A program made the position numbers and the translations under genes. From an uncultured Candidatus Rokubacteria bacterium (GTDB lineage: Bacteria; Methylomirabilota; Methylomirabilia; Rokubacteriales; CSP1-6): a DNA stretch of 64,000 bases. This document shows, piece by piece, positions 41,381 through 58,271 of the stretch (within the stretch, counting starts at the first letter, position 1; each line of letters begins with the position of its first letter). The stretch covers positions 128,001 to 192,000 of the forward strand of contig CAWBMV010000034.1 of the NCBI GenBank assembly GCA_963789955.1, read 5' to 3'. The notes under the pieces were generated by a model that saw only the letters and a list, made by a program, of their open reading frames with translations, did no database searches and was not told the origin of the DNA.

Positions 41381-41408
41381 GCTTCGATAGTAGTAGCATG
41401 CGGGCGGA
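41381..41408. promoter_or_regulatory. Back-to-back -10 elements between namZ and murQ
   Basis: Minus TACTAT (41392-87), 6 nt to GTG 41380; plus TAGCAT (41394-99), 9 nt to ATG 41409. Confidence 0.55.
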
Positions 41409-42324
41409 ATGCCCTCGCGAATCCGCTACGCGCGCCTCGCGACCGAGCGCGCGAACCCGAGGAGCCGCGCGCTCGATCTCCTGCGACCGCGCCAGATCGC
41501 CGCGCTGATGAACCGCGAGGACCGCCGCGCGGTGGTCGCGGTCGCTCGCGCTCGATCGGACATCGCGACCGCCGTGCGCATGATCGTCGCCGCGCTCCAG
41601 CGCGGCGGGCGCCTCATTTTCGTCGGCGCCGGCACGAGTGGCCGCCTGGGCGTCATCGAGGCGGCGGAATGCCCGCCGACATTCGGGACGCCGCCTCGGC
41701 TCGTGCAGGCGATCATGGCGGGCGGGCGCGGCGCCGTCTTCCGCTCGCGCGAAGGCGCGGAGGACGACGAGATCGCGGCCCGCCGCGCGGTGCGCGCGCG
41801 CGTGCGAAAGGGCGACGTCGTCGTCGGCATTTCGGCCAGCGGGGTGACGCCGTTCGTGCGCGCCGCGCTCGCGGCCGCGCGTCAGCGTGGCGCCCGGACC
41901 GTGTTGATCACCTGCAACGCGACGGGGCTCGGGACGACGTTCGCCAACGTTCGGATCGTTCCTGTCGACCGGACCCGAAGTGCTCGCGGGATCGACTCGG
42001 CTCAAGGCCGGCACGGCCACGAAGCTCGTCCTGAACACCCTGACGACCGCGGCCATGACCGGGCTCGGCCGAGTCTACGGAAATCGCATGGTCGATCTGC
42101 AGCCGCGGTCGGCCAAGCTTCGGGAACGAGCGCTGAGGCTGATCGCCGAGGTGGCTGGAGTGTCTCGTGAGAGGGCGCTGCGGGCGTTCGTGGCGTCGGG
42201 AGGGCGGGTGAAGGTCGCGATCGTGATCGCCCGGAACGGGTGGGATGCGGCTGAGGCGTCCCGCGCGCTCCGGACCGCGAGCGGGTCGCTACGAGTCGTG
42301 CTTCAGAAGTTCCGGCGGAAGTAG
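41409..42324 (+). CDS. murQ: N-acetylmuramic acid 6-phosphate etherase, frameshifted near 41965
   Basis: [60 protein letters not shown]. Confidence 0.93.
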
Positions 42325-42464
42325 CGCGCGCGCACCCGAACCGGCTCGAACTTGAGGGCGAACAGCACCCAGCCGAACGGGAGAACGATCGCCGCGACGG
42401 TGAGCCAGAACTTGCTGCTCTTCCAGAACTCGCTTGCCTTGAGCCGCGTCCACGCTGTCTTCAT
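42303..42464 (-). CDS. Unannotated 53-aa single-TM small protein
   Basis: [58 protein letters not shown] upstream, GC3-rich codons. Confidence 0.55.
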   Translation of the reverse strand: MKTAWTRLKASEFWKSSKFWLTVAAIVLPFGWVLFALKFEPVRVRARYFRRNF

Positions 42465-42476
42465 GGCCATCCTTAA

Positions 42477-42492
42477 AGCACGGACGATGCCA
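42477..42492 (-). promoter_or_regulatory. Putative sigma54 -24/-12 promoter
   Basis: Minus TGGCATCGTCCGTGCT (GG-N10-GC) with an AT-rich palindromic region upstream (42500-42540). Confidence 0.45.
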
Positions 42493-42616
42493 TGAGTTCA
42501 TGACACGTAAGTATCTGTAATTTACTACAGTATACTGGCCTAACTCGACGACACCCCTGCCTAGACCGGTAAGTTTTGGACCGGGCTGCCGGTGCGTTCT
42601 TTCCGGGCTCGCGACG

Positions 42617-44350
42617 TTAGCTGTGCGACGGCCCGGCGGTGTCCTCGAATCTGACGGGCGTCCGGCCTTTGAGGTAGTCGAAATCGACCCCTTCGTTCGC
42701 CTGAAGCACGTGGTCGAGGAAGAGCTTGCCGTAGCCGCGCGTGAAGTGGGGCGGCCGAGGCTTCCAGGCCGCCCGGCGCCGGGCCAGCTCATCGTCACCG
42801 ACCTTGAGGGTCAGGCTCCGTCGCGGCACGTCGAGCTCGATCTCGTCGCCGTCGCGCACGAGCGCCAGGGGCCCTCCGATCGCCGACTCCGGAGCCACGT
42901 GGAGCACCACGGTGCCGTAGGACGTCCCGCTCATGCGGGCGTCGGAGATGCGCACCATGTCCTTGACGCCTCGCTTGAGAAGCCGCGCGGGGATCGGCGC
43001 CGCGCCCCACTCCGGCATCCCCGGCGCCCCGCGCGGGCCGACCTGCTTGAGCACCAGCACCGAGTTCTCGTCGATCGCGATGCTCTCGTCGTCGATGCGC
43101 TTGTGGAGATCCGCGTGGTCTTCGAACACGACCGCGCGGCCACGATGCGTCAGGAGATGCGGTGAGGCCGCCGACTGCTTGAGGACGGCACCGTCGGGGC
43201 ATAGATTTCCGAACAGGATCACGGTGCCGCCTTCGCTGGACAGGGGCATCGCGATGGGTCGAATGACGTCCTCGTTGAAACACTTCGCGTCCTTGACGTT
43301 GTCGGCGATCGAGTGGCCGTTCACGGTCAGCGCTCCGCCGTGCAGCAGCGGCAGGAGCTGCTTGAGCACGGCCGGCAGGCCGCCCGCGTAGAAGAAGTCC
43401 TCCATCAAGTACTTTCCGGACGGCCGCAGGTTGACCAGGAACGGCGTCGTCTTCGACAGCTCGTCGAACCGCTTGAGCGGCAGCGCGACACCGACGCGCC
43501 CGGCGATCGCGACCAGGTGGATGATCGCGTTGGTCGAGCCGCCGATCGCCATGTCGGCGCGGATCGCGTTGTCGAACGCCTGCGCGGTGAGGATCTGCGA
43601 CGGCTTGGGCCCGCCGGCGATCGCCATCTCGACGGCGCGCCGCCCGGCCATCTCGGCCATCGCGAGCCGCCGCGAGTCCGACGCCGGGATCGCGGCGTTG
43701 CCGGGCAAGGTCATGCCCAGCGCCTCGACGACCGACGCCATCGTCGAGGCGGTGCCCATGACCATGCAGTGGCCACTCGAGCGAGACATGCACGACTCGG
43801 CCTCGCAGAGCTCCTCGTCGGTCATACGCCCCGCGCGCCGCTCGGCCCACAGACGCCAGGCGTCGGTGCCCGAGCCGAGCTCCTCGGCGCGCCACTTGCC
43901 GCTGAGCATGGGCCCGCCGGTGACCATGACGGCGGGAATGTCCGCGGACGCGGCGCCCATCAGCATCGCCGGCGTCGTCTTGTCGCAGCCGGACAGGAGC
44001 ACCGCGGCGTCGAGCGGGTAGGCGCGCAGACACTCCTCGACGTCCATCGCCATCAGGTTTCTGAAGAGCATCGTGGTCGGCTTCATCAGCACTTCGCCCA
44101 GCGAGATGGTCGGGAACTCGACCGGGAAGCCGCCCGCGCTCCACACGCCGCGCTTGACGGCGTCGGCGACCTGCCGCAGATGGACGTTACAGTTCGTGAG
44201 CTCGGACCACGAATTGGCGATGCCGATGACCGGGCGACCGTCGAAGACGGCGTCGCTGAATCCTTCCGCCTTGAGCCACGAGCGATGGACGAAGCCATCG
44301 AGGTCGTTGCGTCCGAACCAGTTGCGGCTTCTGAGCTGGTGTGCTGTCAT
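42617..44350 (-). CDS. IlvD/Edd-family dehydratase (sugar-acid dehydratase-like)
   Basis: WSELTNCN, GCDKT, GHCMVMGTAST, GGSTN, GAPGMPE, SDARMSGT. TATAAT and GGAGG upstream. Confidence 0.92.
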   Translation of the reverse strand: MTAHQLRSRNWFGRNDLDGFVHRSWLKAEGFSDAVFDGRPVIGIANSWSELTNCNVHLRQVADAVKRGVWSAGGFPVEFPTISLGEVLMKPTTMLFRNLMAMDVEECLRAYPLDAAVLLSGCDKTTPAMLMGAASADIPAVMVTGGPMLSGKWRAEELGSGTDAWRLWAERRAGRMTDEELCEAESCMSRSSGHCMVMGTASTMASVVEALGMTLPGNAAIPASDSRRLAMAEMAGRRAVEMAIAGGPKPSQILTAQAFDNAIRADMAIGGSTNAIIHLVAIAGRVGVALPLKRFDELSKTTPFLVNLRPSGKYLMEDFFYAGGLPAVLKQLLPLLHGGALTVNGHSIADNVKDAKCFNEDVIRPIAMPLSSEGGTVILFGNLCPDGAVLKQSAASPHLLTHRGRAVVFEDHADLHKRIDDESIAIDENSVLVLKQVGPRGAPGMPEWGAAPIPARLLKRGVKDMVRISDARMSGTSYGTVVLHVAPESAIGGPLALVRDGDEIELDVPRRSLTLKVGDDELARRRAAWKPRPPHFTRGYGKLFLDHVLQANEGVDFDYLKGRTPVRFEDTAGPSHS

Positions 44351-44476
44351 GTGTCCCTCCGGGGCACCGATTATAGATCGAGTGCCGGCGCGGCCACTGC
44401 CGACATCCAGGTGGGGAATCCTGAGAAGATCGCCGCCGAGGTAAGGGACCGCGCCGCGCCGACAGCGCGCCGCGCG

Positions 44477-46080
44477 TCACTCGACGAGCTTGCCGTACTC
44501 CAGCTTCAACACTCGGTCACCGAGATGGTAATAGCGGTCGTCGTGGCTGATGACGAGCACGGTCTTGCCCCGGGCCCGCAGCTCCGGAAGGATCTGGCGG
44601 TAGAAGATGTCGCGGTAGTGCGCGTCCTGGTCCGCCGCCCACTCGTCGAAGACGTAGATCGGCCGGTCCTCCAGGAACGCCGTCAGCAGCGCGAGCCGCT
44701 TGCGCTGACCCTGCGAGAGCGCGATCGTCGAGAAGCGCCCGCCCTCCACGCGCACCTTGGCGTCGAGCTCGAGCCGCACCAGGAATTTCCGGGCGCGCTC
44801 GTCGAGGCGGTCATCCGCGAGCCCGAGCAGGCTGTCGAACAGGTAGAAATCGGAGAACACCGGAGAGAAGTGCTGGCCATACCATTCCCGGTTCTTGTCG
44901 TCGATCAGCTGCCCGTTGAGCCGGATGGCGCCCCGAGTCGGCGGATAGAGCCCGGTCAGCACCTTCATGAGCGTCGATTTGCCGCTGCCGTTGCCACCGA
45001 CCAGAAAAACCAGCTCGTTCGGCCGCAAGGTGAGGTCGAGCGGACCCAGGACGAAGCTCTCTGCCGCGTCATCGCCGTACGAGAAGACCACCCCATCGAC
45101 CTCCAGCTGCGCGACGGAGGCAGGGGCGCCACGACTGGTTCACCCTCCGCGATGGCGGGCCCTGACAACGAGATACCGAGATCCCTCACCTTCTCGAGCG
45201 CGATGCGGCCGCGGGCGAGGATCGGCCAGGAGTCCATGAGGCTCCACACGGGCGTCATCATGTAGAGCGTGACGAGCACGTAGCCGGTCAAGGTCTCCCA
45301 GCTCATCGCGTGCAGCCGGGGAATGGTGAAGAGCAACACGCCGAGCAGCGCGTAGAAGAGGAGCTGATTCCAGCTCGCCGCGACGACGTGGTGGCGCACC
45401 CCGCTCATCGAGGCTTGCCGTAACGTCTCGAGCGTCGGGTCGACCCGCCTGGTCACGAACTCGCGACGCCGGCCCGCGTGGACTTTGAGCTCCTTGATGC
45501 CCTCGGTCAGCGCCCGCAAGTGCTGAAAGAGGAGCTCGCGCGTATCCCGGGCGCGCTGGAGGTGGCGAAAGGCCCGGGATTCGAGCAGGCGATGAACCGC
45601 GGCGCCGGCTACCACCAACGTGATCACTCCCAACAGAACCGGCCAGGACAGCCAGGCGAGGTACACCGCGCAGCCGATCAGAATCGCGACGTTCATGGCG
45701 AGGGTCGGAATGTTGATCGTCGCCCAGCCGATCATCGCGACATCATCCGTCAATGTCGTCAGAACTCGCGGGATGCCGACCTCTTCGAGGCGCCGCAGGG
45801 GAGTTGCCAGGACCTGCCGGCAGAGGTTCGCGGACAGGCGCGTCAGCGTTCGCTCAGCGAAGTAGTTGAGCAACATCTGCGCGCAGCATGTTGCTGCCGA
45901 CCTTGGCGAGGAGAAGCCCGGCGAAGCCGGCGGCGAGGAGACCGCTTCCACCCTGGCCTCGCGCGAGCGTGTGGTTGACCAGCGCGATCAAGGCCGCGCT
46001 GGCAGCCCCGCTCAAGAGGCTGACGCCGGTGGCGGCGACCGCCAGGATGCGCTCACGCCGATCGATGAACGACAGGAGGA

Positions 46081-46084
<4 letters not shown>
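44477..46084 (-). CDS. Cyclic-peptide export ABC transporter (SyrD/PvdE/YojI family), frameshifted
   Basis: TM domain with TLTDDV, EGIKELK; GGNGSGKST, VFSDFYLF, LSQGQRKRLAL, FDEWAADQD, ISHDDRY. Start approximate. Confidence 0.9.
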
Positions 46085-50302
<4,218 letters not shown>

Positions 50303-50306
<4 letters not shown>

Positions 50307-53300
50307 AGCTCGATCTCCTCCCGCTCCGGATCGTCGTCTCGCGGTTCGGTTCGCGCCGCGCGCACCTCGTGGATTCGCTGGGCCAGCTCGCGGACGGTGC
50401 GCGCTTCGAAGAGCAGCCGAAGGGACAGCTCCACACCCAGGGCCACCTGCAGCCTCGAGAGCACCTGGGTGGCCAGTAACGAGTGCCCGCCGAGCTCGAA
50501 GAAGTCGTCGGTCGCACCGATCTGATCGACGCCCAGCAGGGTTTGCCAGATCTCGGCGATCGTTCGCTCCACCTCGTTCTCGAGTCCGACGGGCGCCTGG
50601 CTCTCGCGGCGCTGGTGCAGCGACAGCGCGGCTCCCTCGGCCGCATTCCGCCGAGTCGTCCCCGTTTCCGTCTCGATCGGTGCCGGCCGACTGCGCTCGA
50701 TGAGCGTCGGAAGATCACGTGTGGAGATCACGACTTCGGTCAGTCCCCGGCGCAGACATCGAGCGAACGCCTCCACACCCTCCGCTGGTGCGATCGCGTT
50801 CTCGAGCAGCTCCTCCGCGCGTCGGCGCAAGGCCGCGGGCGCATCGGGATCCAGAGGGTGCTGGGTCGCCATCCCGACCTCACGCCAGGCGTCCCACCTC
50901 ATCGAGCTGACAACGGTGCCGCGAGACCGCAGCTCGGTACTCCGGGCAAACGCATCGAGGAAGCTGTTCGCGCCGGCGTAGTCCGAGAGGCCGAGCCCGC
51001 CGAGAGTCGTCGAGATCGAGGAGCAGAGGATCAGCACGTCGAGGTGGTCGCCGTGCAGTAGCTCTTCGAGCACGAGCGTGCCCGCGACCTTGGCGCGCAT
51101 CACGCGGGCGACCACGTCGCGGGTCTTGCCTGCCAGTAGGCCCCCTTCGGCAATGCCGGCGGCGTGGATGACGCCATTGATCGCGCCGTACTCGCGCCGG
51201 GCGCGATCGAGCACTCCGCGCATGGCATCTCGATCGGCGACGTCGGCCTGGACGACCATGACGTCGGCGCCGAGCTCCCGCAGACCCTGGAGCTTGCGGA
51301 TCAACTGGACCGTGTCCGCCCCCGCGCTGCCGTCGCCGGCCACGCGATCCCATTCGCTCGGCGGCGGCACCGTGCGTCGGCCGACCAGGACCAGGCGCGC
51401 CCGCGAGGTGCGGGCGAGGTGCTCCGCCAGTACCAGGCCGATTCCCCCCAACCCGCCGGTGATCAGGTAGACGCCCCGCTCACGCAGGAGGCCGTCGACT
51501 GCGGGAGTCGGGCCCGACCGCACCGGTTCGTGCGCGCGGACCCAGCGCGCCGACGCACGAAACGCCACGCTCGCGTCGTCGACGGGCGACGCCAGCTCCT
51601 CGAGGAGCTGCTCGACGAGGACCTTGTCCGCGGGGCCGCCGTGCTCGGGCAGCACGACGTCGACGGTCCGGCACACGATATTGGGATTCTCTTGCCCGAT
51701 GACGAGGGCGGCTCCCAAGATCGTCGCGCGCGTGGGCTCCAGGACTGCATCACCGACGACGTCTTGCAGGCTGTTCGTGACGATCGTCACTTCGATCGGG
51801 TGCTGGGCGCGCGCCTTGTGGAGTCCCTGGACCAGGGCGCACACGCTGTTGTAGCCCAGATCCAGCGCCTGCTCCGCGGAGCGCGGGCCGCGTGGTCCAG
51901 TCAGGCTCCATGCGTGGAGAACACGGTCCGGCAGCAGACCGTTCTGGGCGAGATCCGCGACGACGGCGCCAATGTCTTGGCTGTTGCTGGGATCGACCGT
52001 GTAGGTCGAGGCGCTCTGTTTGCTGAATCCGGAGCCGGCCGCCACCGTGACCAGCGATGCCGCGCCCGTCGCCAGCTGGAGCGCGAGGCGCTCCACCATG
52101 CCGCTGTCGTCGGCGAAGACCAGCCACTTGCGCCCCGTCGACGACGCGGACGCGCGCCCCGCACCCGGCGAGGGAAACGAGCGCCGCCACGAGGGCGCGT
52201 ACAGCCAGTCGCCGATATCAACGCGCTTCTGCGGAGAGCCGCTGCGCACCGGCGGCGGCGCGGCAAGCTGCCGAGGCTCCACCCAGTACCGCTGACGCTC
52301 GAACGGATACGACGGGAGCGGTACCCGGCGTCGCCCGCTCCCGGCGTGAAGCGCCGACCAGTCCACGGGCGCGCCCGCGACCCACAGTCGTCCGAGCGCG
52401 GTCAGCAGCACCTGGGTGTCGGGTTGCGGGTCTTGAGGATGACGAAGCGACGAGACGATCGTTCGGCCCGTGGCCTGGTGCTGGCGGGTCAACGAGGCCA
52501 AGGTGGTGCCGGGCCCCACTTCGACAAGAAGACGCTCGCGTTCCTCCAGCAGGCGCGAGAGGCCGCTCGAGAACCGCACGGTCCCGCGCAGGTGGCGGAC
52601 GTAGTACTCGGGATCCGTCGCCTCCTGCTCGGTGATCCACGTGCCGCTCACGTTGGACACGTACGGGATCGCCGGAGCGCGCAGACGGACGCGCGCGACG
52701 ACCTCCCGGAATGGCGCCAGCGCCGGGGTCATCATCGCCGAATGAAAGGCGTGCGCCGTGTGCACGCGCTGACACTGCAGGCCGTCGGCCTTCAGCTTGT
52801 GCTCCAGCGCCGCCAGCGGCTCCTCGGGCCCTGACACGACGCACAGTGATGGCGCGTTGCTGGCGGCGATCGAGAGATCCGGCCCCAGTGCGCGAGCGAC
52901 CTGTTCCTCCGGGAGCGGCACGACGATCATTCCACCGCCCGGGATCTGCATCAGGCGTCCGCGCTCCACCACCAGGGTCAACGCGTCGTCCAGCGACAAC
53001 ACGCCGGCCAGGCAGGCGGCCACGTACTCACCGATGCTGTGGCCGATCATCGCGGCCGGAAGAAGCCCCCGCTGCATCCAGAGTGCGGCCAGCGCGTACT
53101 CGATGATGAAGAGCGCCGGCTGGGCGAACGACGTCTGTCGGAGCGTCGCCTCCGCACCGTCGACGCGATCCGCGGACGGGTAGAGCACCGTGCGAAGATC
53201 GACGCCGAGGCTCGGCGCGACGGCGGCGGCGCACGCGTCGACCTCGGCCCGGAACATCGGCTCTTCCTCGTAGAGCCCGCGAGCCATGTTCACATACTGA

Positions 53301-54922
53301 GAGCCCTGCCCCGGGAACAGAAACGCGACGAGCCGCTCGGTCGCGGGCCGGTCCGACACGAGGAGCCGCCGGGAGCCCGCTTCTTCCGTCAGGGTCTCGG
53401 CCGCCTCCGCAAGACTGCGACACACGAGTGCCGCGCGATGCGGGAACGCTCGGCGGCCACGCTGCAAGGTGAAGGCGACGTCGGCGAGATCGAGCGACGC
53501 GTGCTGCTGGAGATGGGTCGCCAGGCGCGTTCGCGCCCGTTCCAGGGCCGCCGGCGTTCTGGCCGAGAGCGTCAAGAGTTGCGCCGAGGAGGCCGGGGCT
53601 CCGCGCACCGGGAGCGGCGCTTCCTCGAGCACCACGTGGGCGTTCGTGCCGCCGATGCCGAACGAGCTCACGCCGGCCCGCCGCGGCGTGGCCCGTCGCG
53701 GCCACGGCCGGAGCGTCGGCGTTGACGAAGAACGGGCTGTTCGCGAAATCGATCTGCGGGTTCGGGCTCGCGAAGTGCAGGCTCGGCGGCACGCGCCGGT
53801 GCTCGAGCGCGAGCACGGTCTTGATCAGACCGGCGACGCCGGCGGCCGCGTCGAGGTGGCCGATGTTCGTCTTGACCGAGCCGATCGCGCAGAACTCCGC
53901 GTGCGCTCGGTGCGTGCCGGAACGCCTCGCGTCAGCGCCGCGATCTCGATCGGATCGCCGAGCGCGGTGCCGGTGCCGTGCGCCTCGACGTAGCCGATCG
54001 TGTCGGGCGTCGACGCCGGCCACCGCCTGCGCCTCGGCGATCACCTCGGCCTGGCCGTCGACGCTCGGCGCCGTGTAGCCGACCTTGACCGAGCCGTCGT
54101 TGTTGATGGCGGCGCCCTTGATCACGGCGCGGATCGTAGTCGCCGTCGGCGAGCGCGTCGGCCAGCCGCTTGAGCACGACGACGCCGACGCCGTCGCCGC
54201 ACACGGTGCCGCGGCGCTTCGGCGTCGAAGGCGCGGCAGTGGCCGTCGGGCGAGAGGATCATCCCGCCTGGTACAGGTACCCGGCTCTCTGGGGAACAGT
54301 GAGCGAGACGCCGCCGGCCAGCGCCATGTCGCACTGGCCGGCGAGCAGCGCCTGGCAGGCGAGGTGGACCGCGACCAGCGACGTCGAGCACGCGGTCTGG
54401 ACGTCGACGCTCGGCCCGCGCAGGTTCAGCTTGTAGGACACCCGCGTCGCGAGGAAGTCCTTGTCGTTGCCGAGCATCGCTTGATACGCGCCGACGGTCT
54501 GCGATGATCTCGGGATTGGAGCATCAGGTTGCTGCAGCAGGTACAGGTTCAGGCCGACGCCGCCATAGACACCGATGCTGCCGGCGTGACGTCCGGGCGT
54601 CGTAGCCGGCGTTCTCGAGCGCCTCCCAGGCGCACTCCAGGAAGAGGCGGTGCTGCGGGTCGATGATCTCGGCCTCGCGCGGATTGATGCCGAAAAACGC
54701 GGCGTCGAAGAGCGAGGTGTCGTCGAGGACCGCGCGCGCCGCGACGTATTGCGGATTGCGGACGAGATCGGGATCGATGCCGGCGCGGAGCAGCTCGTCG
54801 TCCGAGAAGGACGAGATCGCTTCGACCCCGTCCCGGAGGTTGCGCCAGAACCGGTCGACGTCCGGGGCGCCGGGAAACCGGCCCGCCAGGCCGATGATCG
54901 CGATCGGCTCCATCGGATTCAT
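50303..54922 (-). CDS. Type I PKS module: KS - AT(malonyl) - KR - ACP (KS frameshifted)
   Basis: [64 protein letters not shown]. Confidence 0.9.
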
Positions 54923-57900
54923 GAACCGGCCACCGCCGCCGCGACCGGGCGCCTGGCGAGCCGTTCTGAGAGCGAGCGGATCGTCGGGTACTGGAACATC
55001 TCGATGATCGACAGATCGTGGTCGACCACGGACCGAAGCCGCGTGTGGACCTGGACGATGAGGAGCGAATGCCCTCCGAGATCGAAGAAGTTGTCGTTGA
55101 TCCCAACCTCGGCGACGCCGAGCACCGCACGCCAGATCGCCGAGACCGCAGTCTCGATGTCGGTGCGCGGTCCTTCGAACGCCGCCATCTGGTCTGTTCG
55201 CTGGGCTTCGGGCGCCGGCAGTCGTCGCCGGTCGACCTTGCCGTTCGGTGTGAGCGGCAGCTCGTCAACGTCGTGAATGTCGAGGGGATCATGTAGTCCG
55301 GTAGCGCGGCGCCGACGAACGCGCGGAGCTCACCGACCGGAGGCAGCGCCGTCCCGGCCGAAACGAGATACGCCACGAGTCGCTTGCCACCCGCGTGCTC
55401 CTCGCGTGCCGCGACCACCACCTGGGCAATTGCCGGGTGTCGGGCGAGCACCGCTTCGATCTCACCGAGCTCGATGCGGAAGCCGCGGATCTTGACCTGG
55501 TGGTCGATGCGCCCGAGGAACTCCACGGCACCGTCGCGGCGATAGCGCACGAGGTCGCCGGTGCGGTACAGCCGGCCGCCGGCGTCGGAGCGGAAGCGGT
55601 CGGGCACGAAGCGCTCGGCGGTGAGCTCGGGGCGCTTGAGGTAGCCGAGGGCGACCCCGCGGCCGCCGATGTAGAGCTCGCCGGGTACGCCGATCGGTAC
55701 CGGCTCGCCCCGCGCGTCGAGCACGTAGAGCTGCGTGTTGGCGATCGGCCGACCGATGGGCACGGGCCCGTCGTTCGCCGTGACCGGATGCACGGTCGAC
55801 CAGATCGTCGTTTCGGTGGGGCCGTAGACGTTCCACACGGCGGCGCCGCTGGCCACGAGGCGGTTGGCGAGCTCCGCAGCCAGCGCCTCACCGCCACAGA
55901 GGATCTTGAAGCGTTCGGGCGCGCGCCAGCCGGCGTCGAGCAACAGGCGCCAGGTCGCCGGCGTCGCCTGCATGACCGTCACGCCGTGGGTCGTCATGAG
56001 CTCGCTGAGCCGGGCGCTGTCCAGCGCCGCCTCCCGGCTCGCTATCACGACGCGCGCGCCGACGGTCAAGGGCAAGAAGAGCTCGAGGCCCGCGATGTCG
56101 AAGGACAGCGTCGTCACGGCGAGCAGCACGTCGCGCTCGTTCAGACCGGGTGTGCGGCTCATCGACGTGAGCAGGTTGACGAGCGCGCGGTGAGGGATCT
56201 GCACGCCCTTCGGACGGCCGGTGGAGCCGGAGGTGTAGATGACATACGCCAGGTCGTCGTCGGCGGCAGCACGGGCACGTCGAGGTGGTCGGCCTGCGGC
56301 TCGCCCGATCGGCGTCGAGCACGACAGGTGCGCCCGATGGGGCGGCAAGCCGGCGCGCAGTCGCGCCTGGGTGACGAGCACCGGACAGCCGGCGTCCTCC
56401 ATCATGAACGCCAGACGCTCTGCCGGATAGGCCGGATCGAGCGGCACGTAAGCCCCACCGGCCTCGAGGATGCCGAGCAGGCCGACCAGCATGTCGAGCG
56501 AGCGCTCCACGCAGAGCCCAACGACGACGCCCGGCCGGACGCCCAGGGCGCGCAGCCGGCGCGCGAGCCGCTGCGAGGCTGTCTCGAGCTCGCGATAGGA
56601 CATCCGCTGCTCCTCGAATGCGAGCCGCGACGGCGTCAGGTGTGCGTCGGGCTTGTCGCGCGACGAGCTCGTGCACGCCGGTCACCGCCGGAACCTCGGC
56701 GTCGGTCGCGTTCCACTCGACGGCGCAGACGCCGGCGCTCGTCGTCGGCCAGCAGCGAGAGCGCGGCGACGGGACAGCTCGGATTGGCCACCGCCCCGAC
56801 CAGCGAGGTCTCGAGATGATCGGCCCAGGCGGCGATCGTGACCTCGTCGAAGAGGTCGGTGCTGTACTCGAAGGCGAGCCTCAAGCCGTCGGTCTCCTCG
56901 ACCACCTCGAGCGTGAGGTCCATTCGCGCGAGCCCTCGGTCGAACTCGATGGGCTTCAGGACGAGACCCGGAAGCTCGATATCCTGGTTCGGGAAAGGTC
57001 TGGTAGCTGAACATCACCTGGACCAGCGGTGTCCGACTCATGTCGCGTAGGGGCTGTACGGCCTCGACGATCTTCTCGAACGGCACGTCCTGGTGCGCGT
57101 AGGCGTCGAGCGCTACCTCGCGCGGCTGTTGCAGCGGTCTCGGAACGTCGGCGCCCCGGACAGGTCGGTGCGGATCACCGCGGTATTGGCGAAGAATCCG
57201 ATCAGGCCTTCCGTCTCCAGGGGTCCTGGATTGGCGATCGGGGTCCCGACGGACGGTCCTCTAGTCCGGTGTATCGGTATAGCAGCACCTTGAACCGGCC
57301 AGGAGCGTCATGAACAGCGTGACGCCCTCATGACGGCTCAAGGCGGCGAGCGCCTCGGAGAGCGCCTTGGGGAGCTGCCTCTTCAGGAGGGCGCCGCGGA
57401 AGGTCTGCACCGCGGGTCGTGGACGATCCCCGGGCAGCTCCAGCACTCCGGAATGACCCTCGAGCCGTCGCGTCCAGTATCCAAGCTCCTTCTCCAGCAC
57501 CGCGCCGGTCAGCCACTGGCGCTGCCATTGCGCAAAGTCGCCGTACTGGATTGGAAGCTCGGGCAGCGGGGACGGGCGGCCGGTCACATGCGCCTCGTAA
57601 CAAGCCGAGAGCTCCCGAACGAAGACGCCGGCCGACCACCCGTCGGCGACGATGTGGTGGACGACGAGGATCAGAACGTGGTCGCGCTCGTGGACCTTCA
57701 ACAAGGTCGCGCGGAAGAGCGGTCCGCGCGCCAGGTCGAAGGGTCTGCGTGCCTCTTCGAGCATGAGCTGCCGAAGCAGCGCCTCGACGTCGCCAGTGGC
57801 GTCACCCCCGACGTCGCGCACGAGCAGGCCGCCGGGCGGCGGGTCGGTGATCACCTGGACGGGCTCGCTGTCGGCATGGGCGAAAATGGTACGCATCGCT

Positions 57901-58271
57901 TCGTGCCGGCGCACGATCTCCCGGAGCGACCAGTCCAGCGCGCCGACGTCGAGGTCGCCGCGTAGCCGGAGCGCGCCTGCGATGTTGTACTCCGCGGTCC
58001 CTGGATGCAGCTGGTCCAGGAACCAGAGTCGGAGCTGCGCGAATGAGACTGGCGCCCGGCGACCCTCCGGCGCGGAGGCTCCGTCCCGCGCTGCCGGAGG
58101 CTGCGATTCGAGGATCTTGAGAATCTCCTCCTTCCGGGCGGCCAGCTCGTCGCGAAGTGATGACGTGAGCGCTCCCTTGGGCGCGCTGATCCGCAGACGG
58201 GCCCCTTCGGCCCAGACGCGGATGTCGAGGCGGCTGAGGTCCGCCAGCAGCTCGGCCACGCTCTTCGTCAT
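54919..58271 (-). CDS. NRPS: beta-hairpin docking - C - A(Gly) - PCP (frameshifted)
   Basis: [56 protein letters not shown]. Confidence 0.9.

Noticed and set aside
42617..44350. IlvD-family gene as BGC resistance or Leu-supply gene
   Set aside because: It has its own TATAAT and RBS and looks like the sugar-acid dehydratase branch. Only adjacency supports a link.
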